Shown here piece by piece: positions 16,728 through 24,653 of a stretch of DNA of 38,266 nt (positions are counted from its first letter, which is position 1; the number at the start of each line of letters is the position of its first letter). A program made the position numbers and the translations under genes. Below the pieces are notes generated by a model, which was given only the letters and a program-made list of their open reading frames with translations, had not been told where the DNA came from and did not search any database. The stretch is from Deltaproteobacteria bacterium (GTDB lineage: Bacteria; Desulfobacterota; UBA8473): NCBI GenBank assembly GCA_003599365.1, contig QZJR01000078.1, positions 1-38,266 on the forward strand, in the 5' to 3' direction.

Positions 16728-17057
16728 GTGATGGATGTTCTGCTCACGTTCACAGGATTTCATGATCCCTATTTCAAGGGGCTGGTTGACCAGGAGGAAC
16801 AGCCCGGGCACATCCTTTCCCTCCTAAACACACGCTCATTCGATCATATATTTCTTTTCGATACCCCAAGCACACAACGGGTTACTGGGGAAACAAAGGA
16901 CACTATAACGAAACTCCATAGTGGTAGCGAGGCACACGTTCTTGAAATCAACCTTTCCGATCCGACCAATTACCAAGAAATATTAATAGGGCTCAGAGTG
17001 CACCTTCATCGTAATATACCTCACAAATCATACTTGATTCACATTATTATCCAATAG
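16728..17057 (+). pseudogene. N-terminal fragment of an RtcR-like (CARF-type) sigma54 activator
   Basis: VLLTFTGFHDPY...GHILSLL...FDHIFLF...LSDPTNYQEI fits the CARF-like Rossmann start of these regulators. No AAA/GAFTGA domain follows. Confidence 0.55.
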
Positions 17058-17158
17058 ATATCGCTTATAATAAGTTTTTAAATAAACAAGTTCGGCACGC
17101 TTTCAAAGATACCCTTTCACGAAGCAACGACCCTTTTAGACTGTATCTCGCCTTCTTA

Positions 17159-19330
17159 ATGCATTGCCCAGCAATCTCTCTCACCTATCTCACTATCCAT
17201 GTATGCGAAGGGTTTGGGTCTCATGGAACTTTTGAAGTTTACCCGTTTATTCAAGATGCCCTTAAGCTTCCAGAATCATTAACAACATCTCAAAAGAATA
17301 AGCTGTGGAAGGCTTACAGGGCCTCATGCCTTAAATTGGGTCTTTCCATCTCAACGCGTCTTTCCGGTGCCCATTTCATGGTTGATGAGTACCTGAGACA
17401 AAGTGGTGTTCCCATCCCATATGTAGGAGACCTGACAGATAAAATGCTTCGTTATGGAAAAGTCACAGGTATTCCCGATGATGATGATCCCGCTGCTATT
17501 AAAAGATGGCAAGAAGGGTTGAGCCTTAGGCTTTTGCCACCTTTTTCGAAAGTAGCAAGACAGGCAATCGTCTTGGATGATAACGGTTATTATATCCGCC
17601 TCTTTCTCAAGCTTCTTGAAAAGCCAGCAGAGCCTGCTAGCGCACTATCAGATTTTGAATTGCGAATGTCCGATGCGATCCACAGACAGGAAATAACCGC
17701 AGTTCTCCGCCGAAAAGGTAAGTCTCTTCGTATCGTACAGGTCTTATGGAGAGATAATCAACTTGGCGTTGAACTCCCGCCTGGAGAAGGGGTGGAATGG
17801 TCGATAACGGTTGGGGATATAACAACCAACTATATCGGACAGATGGAAAGCAGATTTATTCCCTTTGATAAACCTTTACCACCGTTTGTTGAAATAAAAG
17901 GTGAGGATCGCAGCAGACCGCCAATAAGTCTATGGGAAGATGAGAGAAATAATCGTCTACTGATATTTACTGCGTCCGGCACCTTTGTCAACTCGTCAAA
18001 ACTGAGCGAAGCGCCAATAACCCTGGAGCCTGGTGACTATCATCTGGTTTTGCGTTTCATTCCGGATGGTCTAAGAGAAACCGTTGAGGAGGTGAGAATA
18101 CAGCCTTCACTGTATCTGCTTCCCCTACGTTTGGAACCCGGGGAAAAATTTGTTCTGAAGCACGGACCGGCCACCCTTGAACTGCATGCTGATCTGAAGC
18201 CGATTCTTCTTTGGGAGGGTACTAGCATCAAAGGGCTTAGAGGCAATGAAATATATTGCAGCAATAATTTGAAGCTGCGTGCAATCATTCCCGAAGAATA
18301 TTTTGTAGATGGTATTAAATATTACATTCGTTTTAGCCAGGCAGCAGAAACTGATGAACTAATTGCACAAATCTCCAACGATCAACCCGATGCAGCCATT
18401 ATCAATGTATACAAACTTATTCGAAATAGGTGGAGACCTGGCGTCACAAGGATTCTCGCTGAAATCTACCGTGAAGGGATACAGCGCCCCGTTTTTCGCT
18501 CGGCCATCATGTTATGGATAGGACTGGAGACGGTTAGAAGTCGGACACACTTCTATTGTTCTGCTCATCCATCCAATTTGATCGAGGAAGAATGCGACAA
18601 CCTTTTCATCAACAGAGAGGAGTCATATATCAGTTACCGGAACAAAGACAATCGATTTTTTCGCATGGTCTTCAATCTTGGCGATGCGAAGCGCTTTATC
18701 TTCACTTTGCCTGTTCCGGGAATATTCATGCAATTGAAAGATTATTCCGCTTCGACTGAAATTGAACGACCCTTAACAAAAGGATCCACACTTTCCGTTG
18801 CCCGGAATTCGAGAAACGTTCTCGAAATATCTTCCACATCAAGTGGGTTCTTAAAATTGGGTAATTTTAGGGCACGTGTGGATTTCAGTAAAAGGCTTCC
18901 CTTGTCCGGTCTCATTGAGTACCTGGGCCCGGAAACACATACGCTTCAGTTCATAGACGATGAAAGAGGCTGCGAAGAAGACCTATTGAATTTGGTTTCA
19001 CCTCATGAAATCCTCGCTTATTCGGTAGAACCCAAAAGTAATTTTTACCGCATTAGGTTTTCCCTGGCGCAGCAAGTCACGGAACTCACTATGAGAGCTA
19101 TTGATTTACTTTCCGGAACGTGTGAGATGCTACTTTTAGAATGTAATAGCACTTTCGAATCGACAGAATCCGGAGTACGCGGCTGGTTGACGTGTGAAAG
19201 CAATAACCAACAAGGTTTCTTCAATCACGATTTGTTGCTTTCGCTTAACGCGTGGCCTAATGGAACGTGGGTTATTGATCCTGAAGCTAAGATAAATGGA
19301 CGTTGGAACTCTGATCTCCCTCGCAGCTGA
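17159..19330 (+). CDS. Large hypothetical protein (723 aa), probably defence-island associated and truncated at one or both ends
   Basis: Long ORF whose frame is open back to 17015 with no obvious RBS. Helical N-part, beta-rich remainder, abrupt end next to a pseudogene. Confidence 0.6.
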   Translation: MHCPAISLTYLTIHVCEGFGSHGTFEVYPFIQDALKLPESLTTSQKNKLWKAYRASCLKLGLSISTRLSGAHFMVDEYLRQSGVPIPYVGDLTDKMLRYGKVTGIPDDDDPAAIKRWQEGLSLRLLPPFSKVARQAIVLDDNGYYIRLFLKLLEKPAEPASALSDFELRMSDAIHRQEITAVLRRKGKSLRIVQVLWRDNQLGVELPPGEGVEWSITVGDITTNYIGQMESRFIPFDKPLPPFVEIKGEDRSRPPISLWEDERNNRLLIFTASGTFVNSSKLSEAPITLEPGDYHLVLRFIPDGLRETVEEVRIQPSLYLLPLRLEPGEKFVLKHGPATLELHADLKPILLWEGTSIKGLRGNEIYCSNNLKLRAIIPEEYFVDGIKYYIRFSQAAETDELIAQISNDQPDAAIINVYKLIRNRWRPGVTRILAEIYREGIQRPVFRSAIMLWIGLETVRSRTHFYCSAHPSNLIEEECDNLFINREESYISYRNKDNRFFRMVFNLGDAKRFIFTLPVPGIFMQLKDYSASTEIERPLTKGSTLSVARNSRNVLEISSTSSGFLKLGNFRARVDFSKRLPLSGLIEYLGPETHTLQFIDDERGCEEDLLNLVSPHEILAYSVEPKSNFYRIRFSLAQQVTELTMRAIDLLSGTCEMLLLECNSTFESTESGVRGWLTCESNNQQGFFNHDLLLSLNAWPNGTWVIDPEAKINGRWNSDLPRS

Positions 19331-19369
19331 TACATCACAGTCTTGTCGTCAACCCTTCGAGTTGCGTTG

Positions 19370-19831
19370 CTTCATCAACATTACCACCGGGCTTCAGGTG
19401 TTGGAAACCGATTTTATATTTGAAGCGCCGGACAGATGCCTGATCAAATCTTAAAAGCGGTTCGTCGTGCAGATCAGGATGCCTCGAAATCGTTCTATCT
19501 GGGCGAGCAAGTCTTTGGTATGGCTGATTTCCCAATATCTGACAGCCCGGCTGCGAATGAAAAGGAAAGAATCCGTATCGTCCATAACCAGTACGGTATC
19601 CTTCGCTTCTGCCTTGGAAAAAACCTGGCTGATATTCTGTTCAGTTTAGCCCATATAGGGGCTTACAATGTCGCTGGTTCTCTTGACCATAAGTTCTCTT
19701 TCCAGATGTCCGGCAATCTGGCGCGCCAGTTCACTATTTCCTGTGTCAGGCGGACCGTAGAAAAGAAGGTTGAAGTTTCTGACTAGTTGCTGCTGATCGG
19801 AACTGCGGAGACAACGATCAAACTCTTTCAG
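19370..19831 (-). pseudogene. Degraded AAA+ ATPase
   Basis: Manual minus-strand translation: NLLFYGPPDTGNSELARQIA...SDIVSPYMG*TEQNI...VLVMDDTDSFL...LAQIERFRGILICTTNRF*, then DQASVRRF in a shifted frame. Walker A and B are degenerate, with stops at 19646-19648 and 19451-19453. Confidence 0.85.
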
Positions 19832-19869
19832 GTGTTATGAGGGCAACAGCCCTTAAAGATTTGACCCTA

Positions 19870-20667
19870 TCAAATGCTCGGCGTACCGCATTCTTTAAGA
19901 AAATCATTCAGGTTCCCCTCATTTCGTATTCCTAAACGAGTAAGGGCAAAGTCGTACCTGACCGGGTCCTCTGGAGAGATTGTTCTGAAGGCGGCGGTTA
20001 TCTCAGATGCGGTGCGTATATCTGCCTGTTTTCGCCCTGTTATCTTGAGGGAAAGACATATCCTGTGCATGTGGGTATCAAGAGGGACGATGAGCTTGGA
20101 TGCCGGCACTGTATCCCACCCCCCTGGGTCTACTTCATCCTCCCTCACCATCCAGCGCAGGAAAAGGTTCAACCGTTTGCATGCACTGCCTTTCGTTGGA
20201 GAGGGCAAGAGGCTGTTAGCCCTGCCGTTGTGCTCAGTGGTCAATTCCTTAGCAAAGGCTGAAATCGCTGGCAGGATTGTACTATCACGATCATTCATGC
20301 CGGCAGCAAAACATGCATGAAGGGAACCATACCGTCCTATAACGCCTTTGATCCCCAAAAGCATCGATACAAGATCCTCTCCCGTGGTAAACCGATGTTT
20401 GAATCCTGCAAAGTCGGGAAGAAGTGCCTCCCTTGAGGCCTGGTTCAGAAAGATATATGGAGATGGTTGCATAAGCTCCCGCACTAAGGAAACACTTTTC
20501 AGTATCTGTTGAACCCTTCCATAGGCAAGGGACGAGGCAACTAGACCAACTATCTCACGGTCTCTAATATCTGCATAATTATATAAGAACTCAAGGGGAT
20601 CCGGATGGACGAACTCTCGTCGGTTGTATCTGGCATAAAGGTCGTCAAGGACATTTTTTTTAAGCAT
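19870..20667 (-). CDS. TIGR02757/DUF2400 family protein
   Basis: DPLEF, SLAYGRV, SACKRLNLFLRWMVR, PLDTHMHR and DPVRYDFAL. Confidence 0.9.
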   Translation of the reverse strand: MLKKNVLDDLYARYNRREFVHPDPLEFLYNYADIRDREIVGLVASSLAYGRVQQILKSVSLVRELMQPSPYIFLNQASREALLPDFAGFKHRFTTGEDLVSMLLGIKGVIGRYGSLHACFAAGMNDRDSTILPAISAFAKELTTEHNGRANSLLPSPTKGSACKRLNLFLRWMVREDEVDPGGWDTVPASKLIVPLDTHMHRICLSLKITGRKQADIRTASEITAAFRTISPEDPVRYDFALTRLGIRNEGNLNDFLKECGTPSI

Positions 20668-20673
20668 TGTCGG

Positions 20674-21849
20674 CTATTCAGCCTTTGCCTTTTTATAAAG
20701 AGGAGACATATTCCTCAGAAACTCAACTGCTTCCCTTAATGCATCCAGGAATCGGTCAATATCAGACTCTTTAGTGTCTCGACCGAAACTGATAACCAGA
20801 GTCCCCTGGGCATCGGCATACTCTCTGCCAATGGAGAGAAGTACATGGGAAGCCCGAAGTGCCCCGGAAGCACAAGCCGACCTGGTAGAAACAGCTATGT
20901 TCTTCTCATCCAGCATAAGGACGATGCTCTCTCCTTCAATATACCTTATGGATACAGAGACCAGATTGGGCAGAGAAAATTCAGGATGCCCGTTTATAAT
21001 AATATCCTCAATGCTTTCCTTCAGCCCCCTTATCAGCCTGTCCTTCAACTTCCTTGCATGTTCTACCCTGCATTCCATCTCCCGAAAGGCAATGTCAGCG
21101 GCCACCCCCATCCCGATTATACCGATGAGGTTTTCCGTGCCCGCCCGCCTTCCATCCTCCTGAGCTCCACCGTCAATTAATGGCAACGGTGATACTCCTC
21201 GACGGATGTAAAGCCCCCCCACCCCTGATGGACCATTAAACTGATTGGAAGAGAAACTAAGTAAATCCACACCCAGATACTGAACATCAATGGGCATGAC
21301 ACCCACCGATGCCACAGCATCACTGTGGAAGAGAATATCCTTTTCCCGGGTAATCCGGGCAATTTCCTTTATGGGCTGAATGGTTCCGATTTCGTTGTTG
21401 CCATGCATGATCGTCACCAGAATGGTTTCGTCTGTTACTGCCTTGGCAATGTCATCAGGGTTTACCAATCCATATTCGTTCACAGAGACTGATGTTACCC
21501 TGTAGTCCATCTTCATCAGCCTCCTGAGAGACTTCAGGACGGCATTGTGCTCAATGTTAGAGGTTATGATGTGTTTCCCCTTGCCTGCTTTTGCTAAGGC
21601 TATCCCCTTTATGGCATGATTGATAGATTCAGTGCCGGATGAGGTGAACACCAACTCTTGGGGTGAGGCACAGTTTATCAGTCGGGCTGCTTTTTCCCTT
21701 GCCTGCTCCAATACCTCTGTTGCCTGTTCACCTAATTGGTGGGGGCTGGAAGGATTACCATGGTTTTTCTTGATAGCTTCGATCATGGCCTCCTGAACCT
21801 CAGGCAAGAGGGGATTGGCTGATATGTAGTCTAAGTTTATCGTATTCAT
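20674..21849 (-). CDS. iscS: IscS/NifS-family (class V PLP fold) protein lacking the canonical Schiff-base lysine
   Basis: GNPSS, FTSSGTES, IEHNAV, NNEIGTIQP, RAGTEN and STRSACAS. SSNQFNGP stands in place of SAHKxxGP. ATG at 21849 overlaps the iscU stop. Confidence 0.88.
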   Translation of the reverse strand: MNTINLDYISANPLLPEVQEAMIEAIKKNHGNPSSPHQLGEQATEVLEQAREKAARLINCASPQELVFTSSGTESINHAIKGIALAKAGKGKHIITSNIEHNAVLKSLRRLMKMDYRVTSVSVNEYGLVNPDDIAKAVTDETILVTIMHGNNEIGTIQPIKEIARITREKDILFHSDAVASVGVMPIDVQYLGVDLLSFSSNQFNGPSGVGGLYIRRGVSPLPLIDGGAQEDGRRAGTENLIGIIGMGVAADIAFREMECRVEHARKLKDRLIRGLKESIEDIIINGHPEFSLPNLVSVSIRYIEGESIVLMLDEKNIAVSTRSACASGALRASHVLLSIGREYADAQGTLVISFGRDTKESDIDRFLDALREAVEFLRNMSPLYKKAKAE

Positions 21850-22373
21850 TTGAAAATCTCCTTGCCAAGATCCTTGCCACAGTTTGAACAAAACTCCATC
21901 GCCTCTCCTAAGTCGGTATCGCAGTAAGGACACCGACAGGTGTCTCCTTTGGTATGCTCATGCTTGTCTTCTGCCTTTGGAGGAGACTTGACCTTGCCTG
22001 CCTTTTTGTCTTCATAGTCCTTTATGGCCAGTTGAAGGGCATCTGCTCCCAGGTTGGAACAATGAAGCTTGTTTTTGGGTAAACCTTCAAGAGCCTCAGC
22101 TACCGATTTGTTGGTAATCTTCCTGGCATCTTCTATAGTCTTACCCTTGGCCATCTCTGTGAGCATGCTGGAAACAGCAATGGCTGCCCCGCACCCAAAT
22201 GTCAAAAACTTGATATCCTCAATACGGTCATCCTTAACCTTGATGTAAATGTTCATCATGTCACCACAGACAGGATTGCCAACCTCTCCTACCCCATCCG
22301 CATCCTTCATCTCCCCAACATTGCGGGGATTCTTAAAATGATCCATTACTACCTCTGAATACATCTCTTCCAC
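21846..22373 (-). CDS. iscU: Fe-S scaffold IscU/NifU N-domain protein with a C-terminal zinc-ribbon extension
   Basis: YSEVVMDHFKNPRNVG, GNPVCGD, FGCGAAIA and LPKNKLHCS; tail CPYC-x10-CSNC. Confidence 0.92.
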   Translation of the reverse strand: MEEMYSEVVMDHFKNPRNVGEMKDADGVGEVGNPVCGDMMNIYIKVKDDRIEDIKFLTFGCGAAIAVSSMLTEMAKGKTIEDARKITNKSVAEALEGLPKNKLHCSNLGADALQLAIKDYEDKKAGKVKSPPKAEDKHEHTKGDTCRCPYCDTDLGEAMEFCSNCGKDLGKEIFK

Positions 22374-22431
22374 CTCCCTATGTTTAAACCCATTATAACC
22401 ACCCTGGCTAATTCGATTAGTTGTTTTCTCT

Positions 22432-22490
22432 ATAAGACTATCGTCCTTTAGTCTATTTTCTTAATATAATCCCTTTTTTCTTTTTGTAAA
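22432..22490 (-). promoter_or_regulatory. Putative sigma70 promoter of iscU-iscS with an IscR/Rrf2-like operator
   Basis: Minus strand TTTACA-N16-TATATT (22490-22463). Inverted repeat AGACTA-N8-TAGTCT at 22435-22454. Confidence 0.5.
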
Positions 22491-22577
22491 CCCCTATTAT
22501 GTCAGGGCAGGCAATTCAAAAGTTGTTCATGTATGGTTAAATCTTATAGTCTTTTACTTTTTTCCAACATGCCATCT

Positions 22578-22675
22578 CAATAAGCTCGTGAGTGAGATTA
22601 CCTTGTTGATACTGACCGCGATGCGGGCCGGCTCTGCCGTTATCTGAAAAACTGTGTTTGCCACTTGGCCATTCT
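22578..22675 (-). pseudogene. Internal remnant of a flavin-reductase paralog
   Basis: Encodes NGQVANTVFQITAEPARIAVSINK and, after a frameshift, NLTHE. Nucleotide similarity to about 27500-27597. Confidence 0.85.
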
Positions 22676-22752
22676 ATATAAGAATAATATTCTCAAACAC
22701 TTAGCCTATTAGGTTCAAACTTCCGATACAAACAGTTTTTTAGCTGTCGACG

Positions 22753-23163
22753 CTAAAAAGCCTTTATCCCGACCATCAGCGTCCACACCACTAGAGTTGC
22801 GGTGAGCGCGTATAACCCTAGCCACTTTAAATAGTTATAATAATTTTTAAATCTTCGCCTAACAGCTATTTTTAATATGATGACGGCGGTAATCGAGTTG
22901 CCGATTATTATGTGCGCGACCGTTTTTATCCCGTGAATATCTCGGAAGAAATCGGATACTATGATGCCCAGCACCGCGAGTAATATCAAAATTACGAGCG
23001 CTATGCGGCTAGCCAGACAGTGCAGTTTTCTACGCTGTGCTGCATCTTTGGGAGGTTTTTTACCGAAGGCTATCGCCCATATCAAGATAACCATCCAGAT
23101 AGTAACCAATAATAGAATGCTGGCTAAGACGTCTTTTATCAGGGTCAATTCCATAGAAATCAA
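22753..23163 (-). CDS. Small 4-TM membrane protein, possibly cytochrome b561-like (start may be ATG 23154)
   Basis: Four hydrophobic helices with His in RRKLH and VAHIIIG. Adjacent to a cytochrome c gene. Confidence 0.6.
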   Translation of the reverse strand: MISMELTLIKDVLASILLLVTIWMVILIWAIAFGKKPPKDAAQRRKLHCLASRIALVILILLAVLGIIVSDFFRDIHGIKTVAHIIIGNSITAVIILKIAVRRRFKNYYNYLKWLGLYALTATLVVWTLMVGIKAF

Positions 23164-23166
23164 AAA

Positions 23167-23481
23167 CTACTTTTTGGGCGGTATCGCGTTGACGAGATAA
23201 TTGACAATCAGCCCTTTTTCTTCGTCCGTCAACTCGCCTAGCCGTTTATGTTTATGTTTCATCTTCTCAGCCATCTTGCTGACGACCTTGTTCCACCTCT
23301 GTTGGGTGTAATTTTTATTTAAAGGCTTTTCTGTGGAGTGACATATCGAGCACTTTGTCTCGAAAAGCTCTTTTCCCTTGGTGAGACTCAGTTGTTTGTC
23401 CGCCTTAGGGGAGTCCGTCTGTGCGATAACAAAGGCCGGTATAAAGATTAAAGCTATCAATCCTGTTAAAATTTTTCGCAT
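23167..23481 (-). CDS. Periplasmic monoheme cytochrome c
   Basis: Signal peptide, GKELFETKCSICH, WNKVVSKM. RBS ggaggg. Confidence 0.85.
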   Translation of the reverse strand: MRKILTGLIALIFIPAFVIAQTDSPKADKQLSLTKGKELFETKCSICHSTEKPLNKNYTQQRWNKVVSKMAEKMKHKHKRLGELTDEEKGLIVNYLVNAIPPKK

Positions 23482-23731
23482 TTATCCCTCCTATAGGACT
23501 TTGTGTTATTGCTATATTACTCTTTCCTCATCGTATTGAGAATGAATTCAGCGGACTGACAGCCTGCTTCGGAATAACACTGCTCACCGATGGCCTAGTA
23601 TATTTTATCCCTTCTTAAACGTTGTCCCTTGTCTCCTTATAATCAGCGACTTGGAAGCAATGGAAAAAATTCAGTAGAGGTAAGTTAAGCCCAGACTCCT
23701 ATGAAGCCATCCAATCAGACCCTCTGATTCC

Positions 23732-24583
23732 TCATGCATATCCTTCCATGATCTTTTTTAGCATCATCCGATCCACATCTCGTCCCACCAGAGGCCCTTG
23801 GCTCAAAACGGGAAAGTGTTCCTCAAATGGTGGTCTCTCATTCCGGTATATGACCCCTACTGGGATTCGATCTCCCCACTGATCTGCTGTCTTAACGGCT
23901 GCGTACCAGTCTGTAGGGTCGTAATCTTTGGGCAAGGGATAGCATCTAGACTTGTACCAAGCGAAGGTATTGACCTTGTTGAAAGAGACACAGGGCTGTA
24001 GAACATCGATAAGGGAAAAGCCGCGATACGCTATTGCCTGTTGAATTATGTCCGAAAGGTTATCTGTCAGCCTGGCGAAAGCACGAGCTACAAAACCGGC
24101 ATGCATGGCAACGGCTACAACCGCAGGATTGAAAGCAGCCGAAGCTACACCACCTGGCTGAACCTTGGTGATGAACCCTTCATCCGAAGTGGGACTGGCC
24201 TGCCCCTTGGTCAACCCATACACCTGGTTATTGTGGGCGAGGAGTGTCACGTCAATATTACGGCGTATTGCTGCAAGAAAATGGTTTCCTCCCTCTCCAT
24301 AGCTACAGCCATCTCCGCTTTCGACTATGACAGTCAGTTCGGGATTGGCCAGCTTCGCTCCGGTTGCTACGGGCAGTGACCTACCGTGGAGACCATTAAA
24401 GACATTGGCATTCAGGTAGTGAGGTGCCTTGGCGGCTTGACCTATGCCAGAGATGAAAAGCACCTGGTGGGGTTCTAATCCTCTGGCTACTAGGGCCTGC
24501 TTCATTGCCTCCAAAATGGAAAAGTTGCCACAGCCAGGACACCAAGTTGTATCATACTTTCCATAATCGCTGATTGTTACCAT
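23732..24583 (-). CDS. korB: 2-oxoacid:ferredoxin oxidoreductase beta subunit
   Basis: WCPGCGN, SGIG, LHGR, SGDG, NNQVYGLTKGQASPT and LQPCVSFN. Confidence 0.93.
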   Translation of the reverse strand: MVTISDYGKYDTTWCPGCGNFSILEAMKQALVARGLEPHQVLFISGIGQAAKAPHYLNANVFNGLHGRSLPVATGAKLANPELTVIVESGDGCSYGEGGNHFLAAIRRNIDVTLLAHNNQVYGLTKGQASPTSDEGFITKVQPGGVASAAFNPAVVAVAMHAGFVARAFARLTDNLSDIIQQAIAYRGFSLIDVLQPCVSFNKVNTFAWYKSRCYPLPKDYDPTDWYAAVKTADQWGDRIPVGVIYRNERPPFEEHFPVLSQGPLVGRDVDRMMLKKIMEGYA

Positions 24584-24616
24584 GGTTCTCCCCTCTATAG
24601 GTTAAATAAGTATGAT

Positions 24617-24642
24617 TCATCTCCCAACTAATTGGGAGATGA
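24617..24642. terminator. 11-bp hairpin between korA and korB
   Basis: tcatctcccaa-ctaa-ttgggagatga. Confidence 0.4.
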
Positions 24643-24653
24643 TCTTATAGTTA

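Noticed and set aside
19436-19786. 116-aa plus-strand ORF
   Set aside because: It is the antisense of the AAA+ pseudogene.
21850-21933. Extended N-terminus of IscS in the ORF track (likewise the extended starts at 28432, 29000, 34935 and 38113)
   Set aside because: These overlap upstream genes or lack an RBS; downstream ATGs match the family starts.
22679-22696. agaata-a-tattct palindrome as a Fur/PerR box
   Set aside because: The spacing differs from the 7-1-7 consensus, the context is AT-rich, and it is not clearly in a promoter.
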